Assembly: GCA_028534125.1 (NCBI GenBank)
Contig: CM052816.1
Location: 57,414,001 to 57,478,000 of the forward strand
DNA from: Lama glama
Lineage: Eukaryota
Direction of reading: 5' to 3'
Length of the DNA stretch: 64,000 nt
Shown here piece after piece: positions 26,301 to 39,515 of the stretch. The notes beneath the pieces are model-generated. The model had not been told where the DNA came from. It was given only the letters and a program-made list of their open reading frames with translations, and made no database searches. The position numbers were made by a program, and so were the translations under genes. Numbering within the stretch: the first letter of the stretch is position 1; the number at the start of each line of letters is the position of its first letter.

Positions 26301-26877
26301 CAACTGAATAAATATTAAGCTGAGCAGCTAAATATTAAGCTCAGTGAGCATTAAAGATTCAAAGGTAAGTAAAATACTGTCAGTGCCCTAAATTCTCATT
26401 TAGTGACATTGACAGATGTGTTGTCTATGAATGAAGTACATGAATGAAGTGCAATAGGAACAGAGAGGAAAGTGAATATATTCTGCCAGGGAAGAAAGAA
26501 GTGATTTTATCCCATTTGCTTCAGAGCTTTTTCTCTCTCCTAATTTCAATTAAATTCAAACAAATATTTACTGAGCAGTCAAATGTTTCTACCTATATGG
26601 TGAATCACTATGAATGTGATAAATGTTGCCATCAGTGACACGATTTCCCAAAATGGTGAACAATTATTGGTAGAGTTCCAAACAAAACAAGGTACAATCT
26701 TCCTTCAATAATACAGTAGTTTTATTCCTGGAAAACTCAACATTTAATTAAAATCATGCAAAAAATTCCACATGCATGTGTGAAACTGAGTTAGGCTCCC
26801 GGCTCTGACAACTATAAACAGATTTTTTTTCCCACCTATGTGACTACTTAATGGGACATTCAAAAGTCATTCAGGAC

Positions 26878-27031
26878 TATATGCATGTATATACATGACA
26901 GGGATATTGTGCTGTACACCAGAGACAGACAAATTGTAATTGACTGTACTTAAATTTAAAAAAAAAGTCATTCAGGACATAACATTGTAAACTGACTATA
27001 CTTCAATAAAATAAATAAACAAAACAAACAA
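26878..27031 (+). mobile_element. Two very short L1 3' ends in tandem, each bounded by aaaagtcattca
   Basis: Inserts end gtaattgactgtacttaaattt(A)n and gtaaactgactatacttcaataaa(A-rich); target copies start at 26862, 26963 and 27032. Confidence 0.8.
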
Positions 27032-27813
27032 AAAAGTCATTCACGGTTCCAGACAATTCTTGATGGTGAAAATCTAGCCCATCTCAGCCCCACCTAATAA
27101 ATGGCAAGAGCACCTCCCAATCACTAGGACATCCCCTGCCAGAGAGCAGCACTGCTCAGTGGAGAATGACTGGTAGGGATAGTGCAAGGGGCTGTGGGGA
27201 CATTATGCTAACCCAGTTAAGAGGCCAGGAAAGACTTCCTTGAGAAAGTGACTTTTTACCTGAAATCTAACAGGAATTACCAAAAAGTCAAAGTGAGAGG
27301 AAGACAGGGCTAAGAAGACTTCACTATGTCAGAAGTTTTGGACTTTATCCTAAGGCTAACAGAAAGCTTATGAAGATGGTTATAAACTCATAAAAGAAAT
27401 CATCAAATAAAAATATGGAAAAGGATTACTCCTCCAGGAAGGAGAAATAGGGAAGGACAAGTTCATCACCTGATGTTAAGTATTATGTTTTCACAATATG
27501 CATAATATTTTTATAATAAAAATTATTTTAAAAAATCCTATCAGGCTACAACATAGGAAATCATTAGAGGGGCAGGAGATGCCACAGAAAGACCTAACTA
27601 TCCAATCTGCATTTACAATGAAGTTCCAGTTTGTTAGGGGAAAGGCTGTCATGTTTCAGACAGAGCCAAAATACTACCAAAAATCCTGGTACTTAAATAT
27701 TACAGACTTAAACATGTCTATTACTTGTCAACAACAGTGATAATTTTTTTTTTTCACTACAGGCAGTGTCCTAAGCCTATGTTAACTAATTTATTCCTCA
27801 GAACTCTATAATG

Positions 27814-27817
<4 letters not shown>

Positions 27818-27861
<44 letters not shown>

Positions 27862-27969
27862 ATTAACGTATATATAGTCAGTTATAATGTGTCAGTTTCT
27901 GGTATGCACCATCATGTCCCAGTCATACGTGTATACATTTGTTTTCATGTTCTTTTTCATTAAAGATTA
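27818..27969 (-). mobile_element. Short L1 3' end with a (TA)20 tail, inserted in a MIR-like relic
   Basis: TSD ataatgtatt (27808-27817, 27970-27979); (TA)20 at 27818-27857. Confidence 0.78.
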
Positions 27970-30016
27970 ATAATGTATTAACAACATTTTACAGCTAATT
28001 AAATTGAGACACAGAGAAGGTTACTCAGATAGTAAATGACAAAGCCATGACTCAAACCCACCTAATCTGGTTCCAGAGTCCAGTATCTAAGTTCTTGACA
28101 TCAGTTTCTGTAACTGGGAAACTAATCATAAAGAAAACCATTTGTAAACTAAAGAAATAACATGTATTTGATACCTTTGTAGTTGAGGTAAAAGAGAAAA
28201 GTAAAAATCATATTTCACTATTGTAAAAATTATAAGAGATCTAAAAAAAGTATGTATACAGGGTGAAAACATGATAAAAGTGACATACTTCAATAGCATT
28301 GAGTGAATGAATCTGAAACATTCTAAATCCAATCTTCATAACATCCTTTTCTTGTAAGTAAGTGGCAAGTATTATCTTCATTTGACAAACAGATAAATCA
28401 AAATACAGCTTAATTTGCTGAATCATTTGCTAAACATGAATCAGATCTATAGACTTCCAAAGTAAATGTCCCTTATATTGTTTTTTATTTACAAAAAGAT
28501 AAACAAGGAAGAAAAAAATCAGAGATATCCAAAGAGCTAAAAAGAACATGATTAAAAAAATTATTTAATAAAAACTTTCATAAGAAATTGTACCAAAGAG
28601 AAGGGAAAGAAGGAAAAGTCTGAAGGCAGCTGATTATTAATAACTTTTTAAAAATAACATGTTTTTTAATGTCAAAGAAATGAAAATGTCAATAGACCTG
28701 CTAAATTACAGATATCAGTAGAACTAGAAAGTTCTTTAAGAGATTCTCTAAAGTAATCAGAGATTAGGGATCAAGAAAGAAGAGAGGAAGAACCAAAAGC
28801 AACATGAGTCCCTGCTACCTGAGGAAATGAGCTTAACTAAATTAAAGGGCAGGGACCACAGAATATGGACCTTCTGATGTTACATGTGCTAGGCACATAG
28901 TAGGTTTTAAATCGTCCTTGAGGATTGATTAGGGTGACTAATCTAGTTCACCACTTGAAAGAATTATGCTAAGAGGTTAAAACTATAATCCTCTGGCATT
29001 GTAATTTATTGTCATCTAAGAGCTGAAAGAGTAACAAAAAAAAAAAAAGAAGAAAATGGAAAATTTAAATAAATGTATTCTTAGAGTGCCCTTTCAGGAA
29101 GACCTTTGAAGATGACTAGGCATGTGACTCAGATGCTAAAGTTTACTAACAAACATTTTAAAAAAAGAAGCTAGTACCAAAATGAGCAGGTGATAAGAAG
29201 GAAAACGTAATTTCAAAACTCCAATCCACAATCAAGTACTTCCTATGTAATTCATATTTACATATTTACAACAGCACTCTGAGGTGGATTATTAACTCCA
29301 TTTTATATTAACTGAGGTTCAAAGAGGTTAAATAGCTTGCCTGGCCAGTACATTGCAGATTGGCATTCAAAACCAAATCCGTGTAATTCCAAAGTCTGGA
29401 CTATACCAATAATAATCAACCCTGTTATCATTTATGGAGCACTTCTATGTGCCAGTTATTTTACTAAGTGATTTAAATGCATGATCTCATTTAATTCCAT
29501 GAGTGGGGACTACTGTTGCCTCTTTTCCACAGAAGAAAAGACTTAACGGAAGTTTAGTAACTTGCCCAAGATGACAAGAGACAATAAAAAACAAAAGCAG
29601 GACTCAAACTCAGATGCACCCAACTCCAGAGTCTGTGCACTGAACCATAATGCCATAGTATCATTCTGCCACATCCATGAACATGTGACTAACCCTTAAC
29701 AGAACTCTTGAGTAGACTTCATGGATAGGCTTCTCTTTTCCTTTCTATTCTATGCATTACCAAGAAGTCACAAGCTCTCTTATTTACATGTCTCCATTCT
29801 TCAGTTCAAGTGTGGATAACTGCACTTCGCTTTTCAGAGTTTAAATTTTTTATTACTCATCAAAATAAAACGCTGATAGGAGTGATACTTTCCATATATT
29901 TAACTTCTGGTCACAACATTTTCATCATCAAAACACCAGTTCTCTGTTGATTTCCACAACAGAGTTAACTATATCACAATTGCTCTCACTCTCCACGTAC
30001 ATTAAGCTACTTAAAC

Positions 30017-30192
30017 TAGTGGTTCTCAACCCTGACTGCACATTATACTTACTAGGAACTTTAAAAAAATATGATGCCTGTTCCCTATGTCCCCCACTGA
30101 TTCAGTGTAGGAGTGGGGCCTAGGCACCTGGGCATGGGGAGTGTTAAACAACTCTCAGATGGTTCTAATATACAACCAATTGAGAATCATTA
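30017..30192. mobile_element. MER5-like hAT MITE
   Basis: Termini tagtggttctcaacc ... attgagaatcatt; a shorter relative lies at ~2042-2123. Confidence 0.65.
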
Positions 30193-31189
30193 TACTAACT
30201 CAATAAACCTGCTCTTGGCAATTTTTATTAGCATTTTAATGAGCATCAATGTTCCAGCTGTACTAGCCCTGTTCCAGCTGTACTAGAAATGACAGAAAAC
30301 AGAAGAGTAAGAGAATGCAGACTGTACTGATTAATATGGAAATATTATAACCACTAGAAAAATGTCTTTGATGAAAACCAAAACATAAGAACATACTGTT
30401 TAAAGTCAAATCATAATTTGCACTATGTGGTAAGAACTGCATGTGTTGGAAGCTATTAAGTGCGATGTTCATTTACTTTGTAATTTACCAGTAACAGAGA
30501 CTGCATAAGGAGTTGGACTAAGTTCTTACAAGTGGAAACTTGGGAAAAGGCAAGATATGGGGGAACACATTAAGTTGTTCTATAAATTAAATATGTTAAG
30601 TAAATTATAAGTAAAACATACTTTTACAATTTTGGTCCTTGACTGGTCAAATATGATTTAAATTCATATAGCAAATCGACTTATCTTGCAAATAATAACC
30701 ACATCTTTCTTTGAATGGCAACATTAAGTCATTCATAAACTGAGAGTAACCTTTCTAAATGATAAGCCAGACATTAAAATACAAACAAACAAAATAAGCA
30801 AATTAGGTCCCTGATTCTTTTAGCATTGTAGATTCATTAATGAGCTTTACTAGGGAACTTCTTATTGCTCCATTCAATTGACTACTGTCATTGACTATGT
30901 CAACCTTACCCCAGTACAGTTTTCATTTTTGTGACATCAATTTAAGAAAAAATGCTCTTTTAAATTCTTCTCTAAGTAGTGTAACATGATTGTAAATTCC
31001 TTTTCAGAATGTTGACTGATCATTGCCAAGTGTTTCTGGGAAATATAGTGCTTAATACTTTTCAAATTACTTGAATTTTTATCCCCAGTTTTCAAAACTA
31101 AACTGTGAGTGGAGGAAATAGTTTCAGTGATGTTAAGTAAGTAACTTGCCAAAAATCAATTGGTGAGTAAATGTTAAGATTTGCGTTAG

Positions 31190-34100
31190 ATGGCTGAAAA
31201 CTTCCCAAACTTGGGGAAAGAAATGAACATCCAGATTCATGAGGCCCAAAGGATCCCAAATAGATTAAACCCAAAAAGGGCTACACCAAGAATTTATAAT
31301 TGTCAGAAGTCAAAAAATGAAGACAGCATTTGGAAGCAGCAAGAGAAAAGCAACTCTTCACATACAAGGGAGACTCCGTAAGACCATAAGCAGATTCCGC
31401 AATGGAAACTTTGCAGGCCAGGAGAGAGTGGAATGATACACTCAAAACACTGAAAGGAAAACAAAAAACAAAAAACAAAAAACAAAAAGCCCCCAACTTG
31501 TCAGCCAAGAATACTAGAACCAGTAAAGTTGTCCTTTAGAAACAAGGGAGAGATAAAGACATTCCCAAACAAAAAGTGGAGGGATTTCATCAATAGACTT
31601 GCCTTACAAGAAATGATAAAAGGACATTCTTCAAGCTGTAAAGAATGCTCATTAAATAAAAGAATGCTAATTAATATCTTAAAAATATGTAAATGTGTAA
31701 AAGTGACTGGTAATGGTAAATATATAGTGAAACAGATTCTCTGATATTGCAATCAATTCACTTACAACTCTACTTTAAAAGTTACAAAACAAATGTATTA
31801 AAAATAACCATAGCTATAATACTTTGTTAATGGATAAATAATATAAAAATATGGAAACTGTAACATCAATAACCTAAAATGTGATAGGGGGAGAAGTAAA
31901 AGTATAAAGTTTCTGTATGTTCTTGAAGCTGTAATCAGCTTAAAATAGGATGTAAGATATTTTATATAAGCCTCATGGTAACCAGAAAGGAAAGAAATCT
32001 GTAGTAAATACACAAAAGATGATGATGATGATGATGATGAAGGAATCAAAGTAAAACACTACAAAAAGTCATCAAATCACAAAAGAAGCCAGCAAGAACA
32101 GAACAGAAGATCTACAAAACAAGAAACAATTATCAAAATGGCAACAGAAAGCCCTTACCTATCAAAAATTACCTTAAATGTAAATAGCTTATATTCTCCA
32201 ATTAAAAGACAATGATGGAATAAATTAAAAAAAAAGATACAACAAAATTCTGCCTACAAGAAACTCATTTTATCTTTAAGGACACACATAGACTGAGAGA
32301 GAAGGAATGGGAAAAGATATTTCAAGCAAATGGTGACTAAAAGAAAGCAGGGGTAGCTATACTTATAGCAGACAAAATAGACTTTAAACTAAAAATGGTC
32401 TAAAGAGACAAAGAAGTTCATTATTTTTGACAAAGGAATCAATCCAGCAAAAAGATATAACAGTTCTAAATATGAACCCAACATCAGAGCACCTAAATAT
32501 ATAGAGCACCTATTAACAGAACCAAAAGGAGAAATAAACAGCAATACAATAATAGTTGGGAACTTTAATACTCCACTCTCAACAATGGATAGATCATCCA
32601 GACAGGGAGAATCAATAAGGATACAGTGGACTCGAAAAACACTATAGAGTAAGTGGATATAACAAACATATACAGAACATTTCACCCAGTAGCAACAGAA
32701 TACACATTCTTCTCAAGTGCACCCAAAGCACTCACTATGTTAGGTCCTAAGTTAGGCAACTAAATAAGTCTCAACAAACTCAAGACAGAAATTGTATCAA
32801 TTATCTTTTCTGACCACAATGGTATGAAACTAGAAATCAGTAATGGGGGAAAGCTGGGAAATTCACAAATACATGGAAATTAAACAACACATTCCTGAAC
32901 AACCAATGGATGAAAAAAGAAATTTAAAAGATGAATGAAAATATATCTTGAGACAAACTGAAATGGAAACACAACATACTAAAACTTACGGGATGCAGCA
33001 AAAGCAGCTCCAAAAGGAAAGTTTACAGCCAAAACCACATTTATCAAGAAAAATAAAGGTATCACATAAACAATCTTCACATCTCAAGGAACTACAAAAA
33101 GAAAAATGAAGCCCCAGCTTAGCAGAAGGAAGGAAATAACAAAAAATCAGGGCAGAAATAAAAGAAATAGCGAAAAAGAAAACAACAGAAAAGGTCAAGA
33201 AAATGAAGAGGTGGTTTTTAAAAGATAAAATGGATTCTAACAGGTTTGAGGTGTAGAGATAACAAGCACTGGTGAGGATGTGAAGAAAAAGGAACCCTTG
33301 TGCACTGTTGATGGGAAAGTAAATTGGTACAGCCCCTATGGAAAACAGGATGGAGCTTCCTCAAAAAGTTAAACATAGAACTACCACAGATCCAGCAAGT
33401 CCACTTCTGGGTATACATCCGAAGGAAAGAAAATCACTGTCAAAGAGGTATCTGTATCCTCATGTTCACTGCAGCATTATTTACAATGGCCAAGACATGG
33501 AAACAACGTATGTGCCCATTAAAAGAATAAAGAAAGTGCGATACACACACACACAAACAGAATTTTATTCAGCTGAAAAAAAAAAAGGAAATCCTTCCAT
33601 TTATGACAATATGGATAAACCTTGAAAGCGTAATGCCAAGTGAAATTAAGTCAGACAGAGAAAGACAAATACTGTTATGGTCTCACTTACACGAGGAATC
33701 AAAACAAAACAAAACCCAAACTCATAGAGAGCAGATAGGTAGTAGGCAGGAGTCAGGGGAGGGAAGAATGGGTAAAGCTGATCAAAGGGTACAAACTTCC
33801 AATCGTAAGATGAGTAAGTTCTGGGGATGTAATGTGCAGCATGGTGACAACAGTTAACAACACTGTATTTGAAAGTTGCTAAGATAGCAAATCTTTAAAG
33901 TTTTCACTAAAAATAAATAAAATAAAAATACAAATAAAAATTGTAGCCACAGGGGAGGGTATAGCTCAAGCAGTAGAGTGCATGCTTAGTTTGCATGAGG
34001 TCCTGGGTTCAATTTCCAGTACCTCCATTAAATAAGTAAATAAATAAACAAACCTAATCACCCCCCCTCCACACACACAAAAAAGGGAGGGTATAGCTTG

Positions 34101-34395
34101 GTAGTAGAATACATGTTTGGTATGCACAAGGTCCTGGCTTCAATCCCCAGTACCTCCATTAAATAAATAGATGAATAAACCTAATTATCTACCCCCCTGA
34201 AAAAAATAAAAATTTAAAATAAAAAAAAACTGTAGCCATGTCAGATGATGAATGTGTTAACTAACCTTACTATGGTAATGACTTCACAATATATACATGT
34301 ATCAAATCATTATGCTGTACATCTTAGACTTACACAATGCTATATGTCAATTATGTCTCAATAAAGCTGGCAAAATAGAAAAAATAAAAAAGAAA
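31190..34395 (+). mobile_element. Decayed L1: ORF1 C-terminal half, ORF2 endonuclease, internal deletion, 3' end and A tail
   Basis: ORF 31190 MAENFPNLGKEMNIQIHEAQRIPNRLNPKRATPR is L1 ORF1p-like. ORF2 EN remnants at ~32140-33230 jump to the ORF2 C-terminus at ~33256. Ends in caataaagctgg plus A tail. Confidence 0.92.
33952..34224 (+). mobile_element. Head-to-tail dimer of tRNA-Ala-derived SINE (Vic-1-like) nested in an L1 3' UTR
   Basis: Monomers start at 33952 and 34085; one TSD pair aaaaaYtgtagcca (33936-33949, 34225-34238) encloses both. Confidence 0.87.
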
Positions 34396-36599
34396 GTTTT
34401 ACTGCTACTTCTACAAAAACAAAAAAGTTGAGTTGGAATGTATGTCTTCTTGGTCCAACATTTCTTTCACTTCAAACTGCATCTTTAATTCATGGTTCAT
34501 AAAATATGGAGGTATAATTAATTAAGAGTAGCTTATCTTAAAACAACATTACACGGTTTACTTACTTGATGGTTCATGTGTGGACATACATGCAAGATGA
34601 AGACAAATCTGTATGTACCCTAGCAAGACTACAATAGTTTTTGGTAGAATGCTGGTATTGAATGATTGAAAATATACCATCACCAGGCAAGCTGTTGATT
34701 ATAGCTGTACTTATTTAAGGAGCTGGTAAAAAAAAGGGCTATAATGTGAATAGCCACATATTTTCCTATGTAATACATATGAAATTATAAAGTAAGTCAA
34801 AAAAGGATATGATTCAATATTTTAGAATCTACTTTATGGTTTATAAAGTGAGACATACTGTATAGTTGATAGAGAGCTAAGCTGACAGTTTTCTGAAAAA
34901 TTAGCACATGGGGACAACCATTACAGATCAATTAGATGGTAACTACAAGCATACTGTTTCATTACAGATTGCTCCTAAAGTTCTGAAGTAAGACAGCCCT
35001 ATTAATTTCTCATTCATATCCAAAACTATTTTTGTTAAAGTGTAATGTGTTGATTGAATATTTCATTTTCACGTGTAAATAGAAAAAGGAACATAGAACA
35101 ATGTTCACTGGCAAGGGGTGAATTGGAAAATGGGTCAGAGAAGTTTAGACAGTAAAACAGAAGGGTGATAAAATGGTAAGCTGTCAGTAGGCTGATTATC
35201 ATTAGCTTTTATCTAATCTTTCCTTTGTCCATTGAAATCTCACTCACACATAACAGGGGCACATATCTTTCAGATTTCAGTTGTGGGAAGACAAACAGAG
35301 CAGAAAAAACTAATGAAAGGAAATCAATTTTAACAAATTTAGTTCCTGAGCTGAATATTGTTCTACACTAGTTTTGTTGATAAGCAGGAACACACAGTAG
35401 AGGACAAGCACAGGCTCCAGCATTGCACATGCATGGGTTCCAATCCCAGTTCTCCCAATTGTCTTTTTTTGGAAAGTGGCTTACCTTTCTGAGCCACAGT
35501 TTAGTCATCTGTGAAATGGGGCTGATGAGATGATTCACTGAGAATGTAAAGTAATGCAACAGTGGGTACTTAAAAGTTTATGCCCTTCATAGTTCATCCT
35601 CAACTAAAATTATTAAAACCCAGATTTACTGATGATAGTTTGTACCATCAGGCAGAATTAAGATGAAGATTAAATTATTTTTGTATGGTCAAACAATATG
35701 CAACAAAATGGGCTGTTTGACATGCCATTTAAAATGAGGTGATATTCTATAGAAACAGAAAAATCAAAAGAGAAATATTGGAGAAACAGAGGAACAAAAA
35801 GAACCAGAGATCAAATGGTGAATATTAAATCAGATATAAATATAATTAGTCTAAAAATTCTATAAGGGTGAAAACTAGCTGATTAAGGGCATTCCTCATG
35901 GTATGCAAGGAGATAGGAAAAGAGTATCATGAAGTAAGTTCTACAGGGGTAGTCCATAAATAGGGGGAAAAAGCAAGAAATAATGTTGTATGTCAGATGG
36001 TATAGACAACTAACAGTTTAGTATGAAAAAAAACCAGCACACACTCTGTGAGTGTTCAAGTCTGTTTTTTATTACCATAACAAAGAAACAATGAAGCTTA
36101 ACCAAGACTGAGACATAAAAAAATTAATATAAAACCTAGAATAAAATGTGAGATGGCAAACAAATCTGAGATTACACCAAACACAAAAGATAATGCTAAT
36201 CTCTTATACATACTAAGAAAGTTTCAGTTTATAAGAATATACTCTTAAGCTGAATTTGGGATTAAGAAGTTTATTGTTGTCTTATAAACAGAGACACTGA
36301 GTTATCAGACAATTGAATATCAAGTCCTTATCACCATCCATCCCCCACATCAAATGAAATTGGAATTTATCAATCTAAAATTTAACTGTAATTAGAAAAT
36401 AGCAATCATAACATCTTCAAAATGAAAACAGCATTAGACAACATCTATCTTATTTTTTTTTAATGGAGAAATCAAGACCTAGAAATCAACATTTTAAATT
36501 AAGGAAAATAATTTGATATATATTTTTAAGGTACGGTTAAACATCCAGTTCTATATTATGAGGTTCTTTCCCCACCTTTGTCTTTGGTACAGTGCACTG

Positions 36600-37130
36600 A
36601 TTTTCTGATGATTATGAGTAAACCCAAAGGCCCTTTCTCAACAGCCCATGTCCACGGAATGGGTCTTGTGATCGAATTTCCTAAACATAATTGATTACGC
36701 CAGGATTGGGCAGCCAACTCTCCATATGATGAATCCTGACACAAAAAGATGAGCTAGGTCAACTAGAATTCCTTTCTCAGAAATTTAAACAGCAAGTACT
36801 AGGATCATTTATCAATTACCAGTTCTCAAAGCAGAAGCTAAAAGGTCATGATGTGGTAGGCAGGTGGCCATCATTGGATTCCACATGCAAGACAAAATTA
36901 TAAAGGGGCAGGAATTGTAAGCAAGCAGAGAATGGACCAGCACAGAGAGAAGCAAGGAAGCACTGAGCAACATTACATGGTTCACAAGAATGAGAGTGTC
37001 TGCTTCTGGGAGCTGCCTTGCTTCTGAATGGCTTTCTATGTGCACAAATGACTTAAAATAAAGCTCCTCCTTGCTTTTAAGACAATCTGAATTACTCTTT
37101 CTTCTTTGGAACCAAAAGAGCTTAATCAAA
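36600..37130. mobile_element. Old MaLR (MLT1-like) LTR relic
   Basis: General resemblance to MLT1 LTRs; another candidate at ~60710-61070. Family unverified. Confidence 0.45.
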
Positions 37131-38790
37131 ATAGAAATAGTAAATAACTATTTAAATATATAATCACATAATTATATTTGTATTATATAACAAACTATTC
37201 CCAAGATGTATTTGCTTTAAGTGAAGGAACTGAACTTTTTAGGGAGTCCTCTAGGAACTGTAGGGCTGGTATAATGAAGGCAGCAACTTTTCCCCAGATT
37301 ATGCCATTAAAATGAGCAGACCCATCAATATGAATATAATATTGAAAATTTAAAAATCTTTACAGCAATGGAAAAAAAGACTAAACTTTTAGAAAGCAAA
37401 AAAATTGTACAGGAAATTATACTAGAAAATAGTAAATGATAACTATTTATTTAAGTTTAAAAAACTGTTTTATGATTTCAGAGATCTAGTCTCAGACAGG
37501 GGCCATCCTGATAATTAAAGAAGTTTTACTTTTCCTTACAGAATGGGAATTATTTATGGATTCTATACTTGTGATCAGTTTGTTATGGTTTTAATACCCT
37601 ATTTTGTATGGGAATAATTTTTAACAATGCTTTAACAACAAATTAACATTAAAACATTTCAATGTAAAGATACACAGAAACAGTAAAACTAATACAAAAT
37701 TTAAAATAAGAATACTAAAATTTTCTTTTTTATAAAAAATATTTCAAGCATCTCTCATCAACTTCCTAATTTTTCAAAACACTGATGTATAATTTTGGAA
37801 ATATCATTTAAGAAAAAATCAATAAATAGCCTAATTAAACAGTATGTTGAACTAGAAGAAAAAATCCCACAAAAATATAAAAGCCAAAAGTAAATTAAAA
37901 TGAATTTTAGCTAGAAAAGAGGGTCTATAATTCTTCTACAATAGTGTTTGAGACTTCTGTACTATTAAGTTCTGATTCAATAATCATAACTAAAATATTT
38001 TAAACAAAAATTACTTACTAATGTATAAAAATTTTTGACTGCAGAAATAAATGAGCATAGAACACAATTTAAATTTGTCATTTACCATGGACTGAACTAA
38101 AAAAGGTTCACGTTTTAGTGCTTTTCATTTTGCTAGTTATTTGTGTCATATAATATTTTACTTTTTAAGAAAATAATTTATAAATCATTTAAGTAATTTA
38201 AAATTAAGATTTATAGAAAACAGTAAATGAAACCTGTTCACTTAAAACTAAAAAAAATTGTTAGAATCATCAATAAATTTCTTCTTAATATATTTTCTGC
38301 CTAACAAAGCTAATGTAATGACTAAGATGGGGTAGAAAAAATATGCTTACAATTTATTGTAACTTGAAACTAATGGTATAGTTCTGTGTGTCTAGTCTAG
38401 GTAGATACCATCCATGACCATATACTTACAATTGGTAGGCAAAGGAGTCTAACGAACTGCCTAAAAAGTACACACTATTTCTATTACACTAAACTGATTC
38501 TTAGAAAAATAAATTCACTTGTAATAAGACAAACTTCTCATAAATCATTTTCCTGGAGTAGAATTGGGGACATAGAAAGCAAAATCCTTGTCTTAAGGCA
38601 CATAATATTTCAATTTTAAGAAAAAAAGTGTCAACTCTGCATTATACATTCTTGCAGGAGTAAAAATGCATATTCTAGAAGGAAGAAACTTCAGAAATTA
38701 AGTCAATAGCAAACATTTATTAGGCACTCATATATGCTGAATTTTATAGCTGGAAACTATAAATACAATAAAGGTCTGGAAATGCTGTAC

Positions 38791-39515
38791 CATATGGTTA
38801 AATCTATTTTTAGTTTTTTATGGAACCTCCATACTGTCCTCCATAGGGGCTGCACCAATTTACATTCCCACCAATAGTATAGGAGGGTTCCTCTTCCTCC
38901 ACACCTTCTCCAGCATTTATTGTTTGTAGACTTTTAAATGATGCCCATTTTGGCTGGTGTGGGGTGGTACCTCATTGCAGTTTTGATTTGAATTTCTCTA
39001 CAGTAAGTGATGTTGAGCATGTTTTCATGTGCTTGTTGGCCATCTATCTGTCTTCTTTGGAGAGATGTCTATTTAGGTCTTCTGCCCATATTTTGACTGG
39101 GTTGCTTGTTTCTTTGATATTAAGAGGTATGAGCTGTTTGTATGGAGGTTTCTTAAAAAACTAAAAATAGACTTACCATATGATCCAGCAATCCCACTCC
39201 TGGGCATATACCTGGAGAATTATATAATTGAAAAAGACACATGCACTCCAATGTTCATAGCATAACTATTTACAATAGCCAAGACATGGAAACAACCCAA
39301 ATGTCCATCAACAGATGACTGAATAAAGATGTGATATATATCTCTCTCTATAAAAATAAATAATGGAATACCACTCAGCCATAAAAAGAATAAAATGCCA
39401 TCTGTAGCAACATGGATGGACCTGGAGACCATCATTCTAAGTGAAGTAAGCCAGAAAGAGAAAGAAAATGCCATATGATATCGCTCATACGTGGAATTTA
39501 AGAAAAAAAGGACAC
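38791..39515. mobile_element. L1 fragment with 5' inversion
   Basis: 38791-39140 is antisense L1 ORF2 3' sequence; 39141-39515 is sense L1 (tatggaggtttc...gatccagcaatcccactcctggg). Confidence 0.85.

Noticed and set aside
31190..33857. L1-derived ORFs as active or domesticated genes
   Set aside because: Many stops and frameshifts; the RT domain is missing.
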